From Myxococcota bacterium (GTDB lineage: Bacteria > Myxococcota_A > SURF-8), in contig OZ223209.1 of the NCBI GenBank assembly GCA_965140415.1, positions 2,656,001 through 2,720,000 on the forward strand: a stretch of 64,000 bases of DNA. The letters are read 5' to 3'. This document shows positions 1 to 10,200 of the stretch, piece by piece. The number at the start of each line of letters is the position of its first letter. Position 1 is the stretch's first letter. The notes beneath the pieces are model-generated. The model saw only the letters and a list, made by a program, of their open reading frames with translations. It had not been told where the DNA came from and searched no databases. A program made the translations under genes and the position numbers.

Positions 1-204
1 ATGGCGGAAGCGCTTGCGCGCGGCGACAGAATCGAGATCCGAGGCTTTGGAAGTCTCGTCAACAAGCATTACGATGCCTACCAGGGCCGTAACCCGCGCA
101 CGGGTGAAGTGATCCAGGTGCCGGAAAAGCGGTTGCCCTTCTTCAAGGTCGGCAAAGAATTGCGGGAGCGTGTGGACGGTCTGACCGGTGGCGGTGAAGG
201 CTGA
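1..204 (+). CDS. ihfB: Integration host factor beta subunit / HU family (5'-truncated by window edge)
   Basis: [19 protein letters not shown] and [13 protein letters not shown] motifs typical of IHF-beta. The N-terminal ~30 aa lie outside the window. Confidence 0.85.
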   Translation: MAEALARGDRIEIRGFGSLVNKHYDAYQGRNPRTGEVIQVPEKRLPFFKVGKELRERVDGLTGGGEG

Positions 205-253
205 TTTCCTGATCCCTCGATTCTTCTTCTCATTTTAACTCTGCGGATTGTCG

Positions 254-976
254 ATGTATACTTGCGCGAAAAAACGGGCGTTTTGCGCCGTGGCGGGGCT
301 GTTGTGCGTGCTTGCCTGTGTATTGTCAGCTTGTCAGAAACCGGCGTTTCAGTCCGGCGAGGCTCTTGCTTTTCTCAACCGACATCAAACTGAAATCGAG
401 CGTATCCGTGAATCCTACCGGCAGCAATACGCCAAAATCGGTATGGAATCCGTGCAGATGATGATGAAAAAGGGGAAGCCGGAAAGTCGCGAAGTCTTCG
501 ATCAGATGAAGCGTCAGGCGGAAATCCGCAAACGGGTGATTTTCGCCAACATATTGAAGTATCAGGTCGATCTGGATCTGCTGCGCTACGTCAATCCCAT
601 CCAGGATGACGTTCGCAGGGCGCTGGCTGCGTTGCGGAAGGAAAAGATCGATCGTCCCGATCCGCTTTCTGCCTATCTGAAAGATACCGAATTCGAGGAA
701 TTCGAAACCGACACCGCCAATATGCTCAAGCGCGACAATGAAAAGCTCGCGTTTTGGAAGGCTGAGTTGGAAAAGTGGGAGCAGAGCTGGGAACTCGATC
801 ATTTCGACTATAACCCTCCCGAGATCAAGCGGGACGTGTTCCGCTTCGACTACGACAATCAACCGCAGTTGCTTAACTCCCTGAAACAGGTGTTGAAACC
901 CAAATCAACCGCGCCGGCTTCATCCAAGGAAAAGGACGCCTCTACGGAAGCGCCGCAAACGCCTCCTGCGAAATAA
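254..976 (+). CDS. Hypothetical helical lipoprotein
   Basis: Basic N-terminus, hydrophobic stretch and lipobox VLSA-C. Charged helical body with a Pro/Ala/Ser-rich tail. ATG at 254 preferred over TTG at 248. Confidence 0.65.
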   Translation: MYTCAKKRAFCAVAGLLCVLACVLSACQKPAFQSGEALAFLNRHQTEIERIRESYRQQYAKIGMESVQMMMKKGKPESREVFDQMKRQAEIRKRVIFANILKYQVDLDLLRYVNPIQDDVRRALAALRKEKIDRPDPLSAYLKDTEFEEFETDTANMLKRDNEKLAFWKAELEKWEQSWELDHFDYNPPEIKRDVFRFDYDNQPQLLNSLKQVLKPKSTAPASSKEKDASTEAPQTPPAK

Positions 977-1086
977 TACGATATCCTAAAGTACAAGGTG
1001 GTCTTTGGCGATGCGAAAAGAGCCGTCTTTCGTCTTGACTATCCAGTCGCTTGCCACTAGACTCGCTGAGTTTTTGTGGAGGAGTT

Positions 1087-2421
1087 ATGGCGAAAAAGAA
1101 AAAACTGCACATTATCACCTACGGCTGCCAGATGAATCAGTACGATTCGATGCGCATGAAAGAACGTCTGGCCGACGAATACGATTCGGTTGATGCGGCG
1201 GAAGAGGCCGACCTGATCATCATCAATACCTGCTCGGTGCGAGAAAAACCGGAAAACAAGGTGTATTCTCAACTGGGTGGCTTGCGCAGCCTGAAGCGAA
1301 AGAATCCCGATCTGGTCGTGGCCGTGGCCGGTTGCGTGGCGCAGCAGGAAAAGGAGCACTTGCTAAAGCAGGCCCCGCATCTGGATCTGGTTTTAGGACC
1401 GGATGAAGAACCGAACCTGCCTGAATTGATTGAACAAGTGCAGCAGGGCAAGCGTCTTGTTGCCACGCGCTTCGATCCTAACCCCTTTCATTTGCAGGCG
1501 CAATCTCCCTTGCCGGAAATGGGGCAGGGCGGAAAGGTCTCCGCTTTTCTAGCCGTTCAAAAAGGCTGCAATCATTTCTGCACCTATTGCATCGTTCCTT
1601 ACGTGCGCGGTCGCGAGAAAAGTCGTCCGCTGGCTGAAATCCTGGATGAAACCAGGCGTTTCGCCGAGGTTGGCATTCGCGAGATCACTCTTTTGGGACA
1701 GAATATCAACGGCTACGGAACCGATTTCGAAAATGGTCCCGATTTCGCCGACCTGCTGCGGGCCGTCGCTGAAATCGATGGCATCGAGCGCATTCGCTTT
1801 GTAACTTCGCATCCGGCGGCAATGACCGACCGTCATCTCGATGCGATGGCGGAAGTCGATAAAGTCTGTGAATACCTGCATCTGCCCGTGCAATCCGGCA
1901 GCGACGCCGTTCTCGCTGCGATGAGACGTGGCTATACTCGCGGTGAATACCTGGATCTGATTCAGCGACTCAAGCAGCGTATTCCCGATCTGGCGCTTTC
2001 CGGCGATATGATCGTCGGCTTTCCGGGCGAAACGGAAGAGGATTTTCAGCAAACGCTTGATCTTGTAAGAGAAATCGGATATCACACCTTATATTCGTTC
2101 GCCTATTCCGAACGACCCGGTACTCGGGCGGCTCGCATGGTGGACGATGTGGTCAAAGAAGATAAACTGGAGCGACTCGCGCGTTTGCAAGCGTTACAAA
2201 AAGAATTGACGCTGGCTGCAAACAAGCGTTTATTGGGAAGCAGGCAGCAGGTGTTGTTCGAAGGTCATTCCAAACGAACGAATGGCGATTTGTCCGGGCG
2301 CACGCGCTGCAACAAGATTGTCAACGTTCCGGCCAATTCCGAATGGCTTGGGCGTTTCGCGAATGTGAGGATTACAGCGGCTTATCAGAATTCTCTACGT
2401 GGCGAACTGGAGTTGGCATAG
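1087..2421 (+). CDS. miaB: tRNA (N6-isopentenyl A37-C2) methylthiotransferase MiaB
   Basis: UPF0004 N-terminus (TYGCQMN, NTCSVRE, GCVAQ), radical SAM CxxxCxxC (CNHFCTYC), IVGFPGET, C-terminal TRAM domain. GGAGGAG RBS before ATG 1087. Confidence 0.96.
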   Translation: MAKKKKLHIITYGCQMNQYDSMRMKERLADEYDSVDAAEEADLIIINTCSVREKPENKVYSQLGGLRSLKRKNPDLVVAVAGCVAQQEKEHLLKQAPHLDLVLGPDEEPNLPELIEQVQQGKRLVATRFDPNPFHLQAQSPLPEMGQGGKVSAFLAVQKGCNHFCTYCIVPYVRGREKSRPLAEILDETRRFAEVGIREITLLGQNINGYGTDFENGPDFADLLRAVAEIDGIERIRFVTSHPAAMTDRHLDAMAEVDKVCEYLHLPVQSGSDAVLAAMRRGYTRGEYLDLIQRLKQRIPDLALSGDMIVGFPGETEEDFQQTLDLVREIGYHTLYSFAYSERPGTRAARMVDDVVKEDKLERLARLQALQKELTLAANKRLLGSRQQVLFEGHSKRTNGDLSGRTRCNKIVNVPANSEWLGRFANVRITAAYQNSLRGELELA

Positions 2422-2433
2422 GAGCACATCAGC

Positions 2434-2937
2434 ATGACTCGCCGGATTAAAATGGACGTGCATACGATCGATCTGAACTTCTCCCATCGTCTGCCGACCG
2501 TGGTTTTAAAAAGCGCGCAAACCGGTGAAAACCTGCCGGTGCCGGTGGAAAACGATTTCATCGACGATATCGTTGAGGGATTGAAGGGCGACGTTCCCTT
2601 TGCACAAGGCGTTTTACGAGCCTTCCTGGAAAGCGTTAGCTTGCTGGGAGGAAGTCTGCTTCGCGTGGAGCTTTCCGGCAAGGATCAAGAAGAAATCAAT
2701 GCCAGCCTGTTATTGAGAGCCGCAACCGGACGTCAGGAACGAATTGCCACTCAGACAGGGCTGGCGCTGGCTCTTTCGTTGTATTCCGGCGTTTCCGTTT
2801 TTGCCGCCGAAGATCTGTTGGGATCGATGCGGGTTCAGCAAATGGAAGAAGACGATATCGACTCCTTACTGGAAAACGAAATTCAGGATCTGTTCGAGAA
2901 ATTCGACGAAACCGAGTTCTCGAAATACAAAATGTAA
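2434..2937 (+). CDS. Bifunctional nuclease (DUF151)-like protein, divergent
   Basis: PTVVLKS...LPVPV start, acidic tail ending FSKYKM, and position directly after miaB. The expected RPSD-type motif is replaced by TQTG. Confidence 0.6.
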   Translation: MTRRIKMDVHTIDLNFSHRLPTVVLKSAQTGENLPVPVENDFIDDIVEGLKGDVPFAQGVLRAFLESVSLLGGSLLRVELSGKDQEEINASLLLRAATGRQERIATQTGLALALSLYSGVSVFAAEDLLGSMRVQQMEEDDIDSLLENEIQDLFEKFDETEFSKYKM

Positions 2938-2981
2938 TTCGAAATTTAACTGTATCACTGCAAAGAGAACATGCCCGATAT

Positions 2982-3010
2982 CAGCCGTTTCGGCGGCTGT
3001 TCGGTGATTT
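2982..3010 (+). terminator. Possible intrinsic terminator / stem-loop after miaB-DUF151
   Basis: CAGCCGT-TTCG-GCGGCTG hairpin (2982-2999) followed by a partly T-rich stretch. Confidence 0.4.
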
Positions 3011-3038
3011 GCAAGAGTAATCTGGAGGCGCAAAAGGA

Positions 3039-3833
3039 ATGATTCTAAAGATCAAGGACTTGTGGACGGTTGGTAATATCATGGGTGGCGTGATGTGCAT
3101 CATCTTCGTGATCAACCATGAGTTGCTATTGGCGAGTTATTCCATTCTGGCCGCCTATATTTTCGATGCGACCGACGGCTGGGTGGCCAGCCTGCTCAAG
3201 CAGAGCAACAAGTTCGGTGGTGAATTCGACAATGTCGCCGATCTGGTTGCTTATTCCATCGCGCCGACCTTTTTGATTTACGGCGTTTACACCCAGCATC
3301 CGGTGCATCCGCATTTGCCGATGTGGCTGGCTGTGGCCATTGCTTCTCTCGTTTGCATTTCCGGCTGCGTTCGCTTTGCACGTTTCAACCTCGAACATCC
3401 CTCTACCGATGGCTACTGGCTTGGATTTCCGCGACCGGCGTCGGCGCTACTGTTTATCGGCTATTTCAATATGAGCGCATTCAACAGCGCGGAATATCTC
3501 TACTGGGCGGGAATCGCTCTAGTGGTGATTATCAGTGGACTGCAACTATATCTGGTTCCTTTCTATAATCATCATCGCAGTAAGGGGCACCCTTATTTCA
3601 TGAAGCTCGCGTTCTTCGTGATCGGTACCAGCACTGCGCTGGCGCTGATCGGTGGATTGATTGTCGGGTATTCGATCGTTTGGGAAGTGATTACCTTCTG
3701 GTTGTTGGGATATATCTTTTTCCACCGCTATTTTTCCTTCTCTCCTGAAGAGAAAAAAGAGATCAAGAAAAAAGTCGAAGAGTGGATGGAAAAGGAACAA
3801 GAAGAGTATCTCAAGTACAACGGCCCGCACTGA
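3039..3833 (+). CDS. CDP-alcohol phosphatidyltransferase (PssA-like)
   Basis: DATDGWVAS-x8-GEFDNVAD matches the D-x2-DG-x2-A...G-x3-D-x3-D motif. RFARFN and WLGFPRP are PssA-like. Multiple TM helices. Confidence 0.85.
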   Translation: MILKIKDLWTVGNIMGGVMCIIFVINHELLLASYSILAAYIFDATDGWVASLLKQSNKFGGEFDNVADLVAYSIAPTFLIYGVYTQHPVHPHLPMWLAVAIASLVCISGCVRFARFNLEHPSTDGYWLGFPRPASALLFIGYFNMSAFNSAEYLYWAGIALVVIISGLQLYLVPFYNHHRSKGHPYFMKLAFFVIGTSTALALIGGLIVGYSIVWEVITFWLLGYIFFHRYFSFSPEEKKEIKKKVEEWMEKEQEEYLKYNGPH

Positions 3834-4755
3834 GAAAGGCTTCTATTGCCTGAATCACGTGCTCGTCGTCCTGCGGTGAGCGCCAGACAACATCCTGTCC
3901 AGCCCGAATCCAATACTCCTGCTTTTTCGCATAGCGATACGTCGCGGTTTCGATAGCTTGAGGCAGTTCGGTCTGATCGAGCTTGCCATCCAGCAAATCC
4001 AGCACCTGCCGATAGCCAATCGATTCATACGGCTTCAGGCTGCGATCCGGGTAGCGGGTCAATAAGCCTTTGACTTCGTCAATCAAACCATCCGCCAGCA
4101 TTTGCTTCGTCCGCAGTACGATGCGCTCGCGCAGAATGCCGCGATCCGGTTTCAATGCGATCAACAATGGGTTGTAAGGCCGTTCTTTAAAGGCGTGTTC
4201 GTTTTGCCAGTCCCATATCGTTTTACCCGAGCTTTCCAAAACTTCCAGCGCCCGAATCACGCGGCGCGGATTGTCCAGGTCGATATGTTCTCCCGCTTCC
4301 GGGGCGGCCTGGCACAGCCGCTGCACCAGTTGGGGTAAGCCTTGCTGTTGCAGGATTGCTTCATACTCCTTGCGAAGCGTTTCATTTTTTCCCGGCGCTT
4401 CCACCAATCCGCCCAATAAGGCTCGTACATACAACCCAGTGCCACCAGCAATGATCGGCAGATGCCCGCGCAGAATAACGTCGTGAATGATCTCGTTAGC
4501 CATATCGAGATAGCGGCGGGCGTCGATCGGATCGTCTGGATCGATGCAGTCGATGAGGTGGTGTGCAATGCCCTCGGTTTCTTCCGCTGTAGGTTTGGCA
4601 GTGCCGATATCGAAACCGCGCACCATCTGTAACGAATCCGCACCGATGACTTCGCCATCAAAACGTTTCGCCAGTCGAACTGCCAGGCCGGTTTTCCCGC
4701 TGGCCGTTGGCCCCTGAATGACCAGGATCGGCGGAGCTTCAACCCGTTCGTCCAA
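3811..4755 (-). CDS. miaA: tRNA dimethylallyltransferase MiaA
   Basis: GPTASGKT P-loop, ADSLQ, DIGTAKP, GGTGLY, IGYRQ, YAKKQ. Probable TTG start at 4755 behind GGAGAGG, overlapping the mutL stop. Confidence 0.95.
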   Translation of the reverse strand: MDERVEAPPILVIQGPTASGKTGLAVRLAKRFDGEVIGADSLQMVRGFDIGTAKPTAEETEGIAHHLIDCIDPDDPIDARRYLDMANEIIHDVILRGHLPIIAGGTGLYVRALLGGLVEAPGKNETLRKEYEAILQQQGLPQLVQRLCQAAPEAGEHIDLDNPRRVIRALEVLESSGKTIWDWQNEHAFKERPYNPLLIALKPDRGILRERIVLRTKQMLADGLIDEVKGLLTRYPDRSLKPYESIGYRQVLDLLDGKLDQTELPQAIETATYRYAKKQEYWIRAGQDVVWRSPQDDEHVIQAIEAFLSAGRCT

Positions 4756-6568
4756 AACGCCTCTCCAATTCTTCCTGCGTGATTTCGATGAAGACCGGTC
4801 GCCCATGCGGGCAGCTTGCCGCGAAATCCACTTCATCCATTTGGCGCAGCAGCGCCATCATGTTTTCATAATTCAATGAATCGTTGGCGCGTACCACGGA
4901 ATGACAAGCCATCGTAGCCAGGCGATGATCCACCGATTCCTGAACGGCGCGACTACCACTGACTTCGGCGAAGTCGTCGAGCAGGTCGCGCACCGTGGCC
5001 GCGATATCGCCGCCTGCCAAGATTTCCGGCGCTTCCTTGACTTGGATGCTGTCGCCGCCGAAATCCTCCAGTTCGAAACCCAGATCGTGGATGTCGTCCG
5101 TGAATTCCAGCATGGCCGCTTTCTGGCGCGGATTCAGATCGATGCGCACCGGAAAGAGCAGCATCTGCCGTTCGATGCGCCGATTTCGATATTGGGCGCT
5201 TAAGCGTTCAAATGCGATTCGCTCGTGGGCGGCGTGTTGATCGATGATTCCCAATCCGCGCGGAGTGCTGACGAGAATGAAGGTTTTGTGAAGCTGAGCC
5301 AGCACCGTAAACGAGCTGAAATTCGTCATGCCTCCCGTTGGTCTGATCGGCTGTGAATAGGACCCGAAGCCCTGCGAAGAATTCGGCGACTGCGAGCCGA
5401 AGGTGCCTCCGCTATGAAATTGAGAACCGGCATAGCCACCGGCAATGGGAAACGCGGATTGGTTGCTTCGATTCCGCTCGAAGTTTTCCACGGCTTGCAT
5501 CACACGCGAGGGAAACTCCGAAGCTTTCGGCCCGTAGCCGCCTGGAGTTCCGCTGCCACCCAGCCAGGGCGAACGTCCCAGCGCTTCGCGAACCGTTTCC
5601 TTGATAAAATTATAGACCACACGCTGGTTGCTGAAACGGACCTCGGTTTTGGCCGGATGCACGTTGACGTCTACAAGTTCCGAGGGCATCTCGAGCAGTA
5701 GTACCGCCACCGGAAAGCGTTTCGGCTCCAGCATCGTTCCGTAAGAGGACGTCACGGCGTGCAATAACGAACGATCTCTGATGGCGCGACCGTTTAAAAA
5801 CAAATGCAACTGCGATGGGTTGGGGCGGGTCGTGTCCGGTGCGGAAACCATGCCGCTAAGTTTGAATTCTCCTAGTTCTCCGGCAACCGGAAACAGCTTG
5901 GGATAAACATCTTTTCCGAATACCCCGGCGGCTCGTTCGTGAAGATCCGAGGTCGGTTCGAGATTCAAAAGCTTGCGCCCGTTATGCGTATAGAGAATTC
6001 GTACATCCGGGCGCGAGAGCGCCACGCGCCAGACGACTTCGCTGATGGCTGCCAGTTCGGTTGAATCGGCTTTCATGAACTTTCGCCGGGCGGGTGTGTT
6101 GTAAAACAATTCACGTACTTCCACTTCGCAGCCACGCGGAAATCCGATTTCCTGAACGTTTTTGAGCTTTCCGCCTTCGATCGTCACACGAACGCCGGCT
6201 GTTTCATCGCGGCGGCAACTGAGTTTGAACAGCGACACCGAGGCGATTGAAGGCAGGGCTTCTCCGCGAAAACCGAGAGTACGTATAGAAAATAAATCAT
6301 CCTCGTGTTTGATTTTACTCGTTGCATGGCGCTCGACTGCCAGCAGCGCGTCGTCACGATCCATGCCCATGCCGTCGTCGGCGATGCAGATTTTCTTTTT
6401 TCCAGCGCCCTCGATATCGATGGTCAGTCGTTTGGCGCCAGCATCCAGAGCGTTTTCAAGCAATTCTTTGACTACGCTGGCCGGACGCTCGACGACTTCG
6501 CCGGCGGCGATGCGATTGGCCAGAATATCGGTAAGAATTCGAACTGGATTGGGTTTTCTCTCGGCCAT
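4739..6568 (-). CDS. mutL: DNA mismatch repair protein MutL (endonuclease type)
   Basis: IAAGEVVERP, ENALDAGA, GFRGEAL, DVNVHPAK. C-terminal DQHAAHERIAFE, ACH and CPHGRP endonuclease motifs. Confidence 0.97.
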   Translation of the reverse strand: MAERKPNPVRILTDILANRIAAGEVVERPASVVKELLENALDAGAKRLTIDIEGAGKKKICIADDGMGMDRDDALLAVERHATSKIKHEDDLFSIRTLGFRGEALPSIASVSLFKLSCRRDETAGVRVTIEGGKLKNVQEIGFPRGCEVEVRELFYNTPARRKFMKADSTELAAISEVVWRVALSRPDVRILYTHNGRKLLNLEPTSDLHERAAGVFGKDVYPKLFPVAGELGEFKLSGMVSAPDTTRPNPSQLHLFLNGRAIRDRSLLHAVTSSYGTMLEPKRFPVAVLLLEMPSELVDVNVHPAKTEVRFSNQRVVYNFIKETVREALGRSPWLGGSGTPGGYGPKASEFPSRVMQAVENFERNRSNQSAFPIAGGYAGSQFHSGGTFGSQSPNSSQGFGSYSQPIRPTGGMTNFSSFTVLAQLHKTFILVSTPRGLGIIDQHAAHERIAFERLSAQYRNRRIERQMLLFPVRIDLNPRQKAAMLEFTDDIHDLGFELEDFGGDSIQVKEAPEILAGGDIAATVRDLLDDFAEVSGSRAVQESVDHRLATMACHSVVRANDSLNYENMMALLRQMDEVDFAASCPHGRPVFIEITQEELERRFGRTG

Positions 6569-7221
6569 TGCTCCTCGTTTCCTTCACGTTCGCACTCGGT
6601 CTAACATAGATTTTCCGTTTTGTCACGACAGTCTTGAGTCCTGGCTTATAAGGAGAAAGCGAACGCCCTGTGAAATTCCAAAAATACGGTTTTCGAAAAT
6701 ATCAAAGCAATCGAACGTAAAATTCGTGCCGATTTTTGATTGCAGACGACCAGAGAAGCACACTAAAGATACACTAGATGACCACTAAAGCGCAGTTGGG
6801 CGCGCTTGGCAAATTGGAAAAGTGGCCGAATTATTCCGAATTGAAAGTGATTACAAGAAAAATTTCCGTCTTTGACAGTAAAAGCACACTTAGGACGCTA
6901 GATGCACGTGGCGTAATGCTCTTTGGTGTAACGCTCTATTCAATGGAGGTTGCCTCGTGATGCACCATGGAACGTTTCGCTGTAACTCGATGTGACTGGC
7001 TCGGCGTCACTTCGAGAGAGAGCTTTCAACACTATTAAGGTAGCTTTCCTCTCCAAAAAGCTTTCATTTTCTCTGTACATGCGCTAGACTGCCGCCATTG
7101 TTCCGTCAATTTTACGATCTGTAACGCACCCGACGGGTTTCGTTCGAGCTTTATTCGCAGCAAATTGTGAGTGAAGAGAATGAGGCGGCGGGTGTCACAT
7201 TAGCTGGAGAGGGCTGGTGCA

Positions 7222-10200
7222 ATGCGAGTTCAGATGAAGTTCTGGGTGTTGGCTGTGTCGCTGATAATTGCTGTGATATCAGTTGGATGCGAAGGGAAAG
7301 ACGTTGGATTGGCCGAGGCCGATCATAGCGGAAACGGTCCCACGGTGCATTTTGATTTCGATGCCAAACCGCTACCTGAAATCCCCTTTCCGAACAATCT
7401 CGGAATGATTGCCGATCCGGATAGCCCAACCGGGCGGCGAATCAACGTGAGCGTGTTTGCTCCGACCGTTTTGGAAGAAGAATTGCGCATGAAAATCAAC
7501 GAGTTGGACGGCTTCGGCATCTTGCAGCCGATCACGGTGCAATTCGATAAACCCTTGCATTTACAGACGATTGTCGATCATCATCACGACGCCAACCTCG
7601 ATCCGACGAATGATATCATCTTCCTTTTGAATATCGATCCCAATAGCCCGAAATATGGAACGGCGGTTCCATTGGACGTCGGGCAAGGAAATTTCCCGGT
7701 TGTGATGGCTTCGATTCCGGGCGATCCTTATACGCTGGAGCGGCGCTTGTGTGAAGATGAATTGGTGTCATATGCAGATGAAACTGGCCAAGCTTATGAA
7801 GGTCCGATGAGCGTAATGACCACTGGATATTTCAATCACTGCGACACGGAATGGAACAACACCATTGCCGATCCGCATATCGGCTGCTCCAATCTTCTTT
7901 ACGAAACGCATGAGGAAGATGTAAACGGCAACGGGATTCTGGACGAAGGCGAAGACATCGACAGCGACGGCGTTCTGGATCATCCGAATGTGTTGATGGA
8001 GGGTGGCGATCAATACGACGATCTGGTGACCTTCTTCGAGAAGGAAAGCAACACCCTGATTTTCCGTCCGCTGCTTCCGTTGGAAGAAAAAACGACCTAT
8101 GCCGTAGTCCTTACAAAAGGATTGCGCGGCGTAAATTCGGTTACGGGCGAAGCGGGCGATCCCATCCAGAGTGCATTCGATGGCATTAATCATTTGAAGC
8201 AAACGGATGAGTTGGTGCCCATGTTGGACGTGCTGGGAAGCGGCTTCACCATGGAGGGAGATTCCGAACAGCGCCCGCTTTCACTTTCCATCGACGATAT
8301 CGCCTTTACCTGGAGCTACACCACGCAGTCGATCACGGAAGATCTTGTCACTATTCGCAAAGGCTTGTACGGCGTCGGTCCTTTCAATTGGTTGGAAGAG
8401 CAGTACCCGGCGGAAATGAAGCAAGTGGATCGCATGACCCTGCTGACCGAAGATCTAAGCGCGACGCCTTTCGACGAGCGCAATCAGTACGTGATGCCGA
8501 TCGACAACCTGCGGGAAATTCTGCAAATCGCCGGAACGATGCTGTTGGCGGAGCTGGTCGGAGAAGAACACGCAGCCGAGTCGGTAGAGTACATGGTCGA
8601 GTCGATGAATTCCATTTCGCATATGATTTCTGGCCGTTTCACGACGCCGTATTTCCTGGCGGATCAAGACGAAATCGGCACGGAAGGTTATGCTGCCGAC
8701 TACGACGAATCCTTTAAAATCAACTCCAGAACGGGAGAGGCGCATGTCGGTGAGGATGAGGTCACCTGGTGGTGCGCGATTCCGAAAGAGACGGAACGCT
8801 TCAAGCAGCCTTTCCCGGTAAGCGTGTATTCCCATGGTTATTCCGCCAACCGTTTTGAGGTCGTCGGTTTTGCAAGCTTGATGGCCCGTTATGGACTGGC
8901 AACTTGCGGTATCGACTCGGTGGGGCATGGTCTGGTGATTCCTGCCAACTTCTTGGAAGACGATCTGGTGCAGCATCTGCTCGATCAGAAAAAGGTATCG
9001 CCTGCGATAAAAAGCATTGCGACGGGCCGTGCGCGCGATCTGAACAACGACGGCGTACCCGATTCCGGTGGCGATTTCTGGACGGCGGATACTTTCCATA
9101 CGCGCGATATCGTGCGCCAATCCACCATCGACACCATGCAGTTCATTCGCATCATGCGCCATTTCGATGGCGAAGCGAAATGGAACGACGGCGTGTTCGA
9201 GAACGATGGAGAATATTTCACTTCCGACAGCAAGCCGACGATAGCCGGTGATTTCGATGACAACGGCGTACCGGATATCGGCGGCATGAACCAGGATTAC
9301 TATGCCTGGGGACAGTCGCTGGGTGGCTTTATCACCACGCTTTTGGCCGCTACCGACCCTGCGGTTACTGCCGCAGCGCCCGTCGCCGCAGGAGCAGGGT
9401 TGATCGATGTCGGTATTCGCACGATTCAGGAAGGCGTGATTCAGGCCGTGTTCCTGCAATTCATGGGGCCGTTCTTGTATGCACAGCGCGTGCCGGGCAC
9501 GAAGCAACTTTCCTTCGGCTTTATCGTTGCCGACAATACCCGTTGGTGGGCCAGTAACGACGGCGTTCATGATTACTACATTCGCGATTTCGCGCGCACC
9601 GATCCGGATTCGAAAGATCGCGCTCGGGTCGGTGATCGAGTGGTGATTGTGAATGAAAAATCGGGTGATGAATGGTTCTGTATTCTGGATGAAAACATGA
9701 GTTGCCGCACCGGCTATGCCGCCGATGCGATGGATGCGACTGAAAAACGCCATCTGTACGGCATGAAAGATGAATGGTATTTCAGAGGCACCAAGGAAAT
9801 CATGCCGCAACGCGATGGTGGCGATTATTTCTGGCAACCCACTGATGAACAATTGGCGGAAATGGGCGAGGAAGAAAAGCGCTTGTTCGATCTGCGTTCG
9901 GAAATTCACTGGATCGACGATGCAACGAAGGTCGGCGATCCGATTCGCATCGAGATCCGCAGCCCGGGCGGTCGCGTGAAGGAAGTCATCGAGCAGTGGG
10001 CGCAGAACATCGAAACGGTAAGCGGCGAGCCTTTCCCCGGTGGCTTTTACCAGGGCTTTTTCTATCGCCCCGGCGACAAGTTGGTTTCTCCCGGCGAAGG
10101 TCTTGGCAGGCAGCGCCAGACGCCCGACTTCCGCCGCATGATGATGATTTCCGCCATGATTCTGGAGCCTGCCGACCCGGCAGCCTATGCACGGCATCTG

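Noticed and set aside
6957-6995. 12-codon ORF behind GGAGGT
   Set aside because: Too short to support as a feature and no attenuator-type codon run; mentioned only within the intergenic finding.
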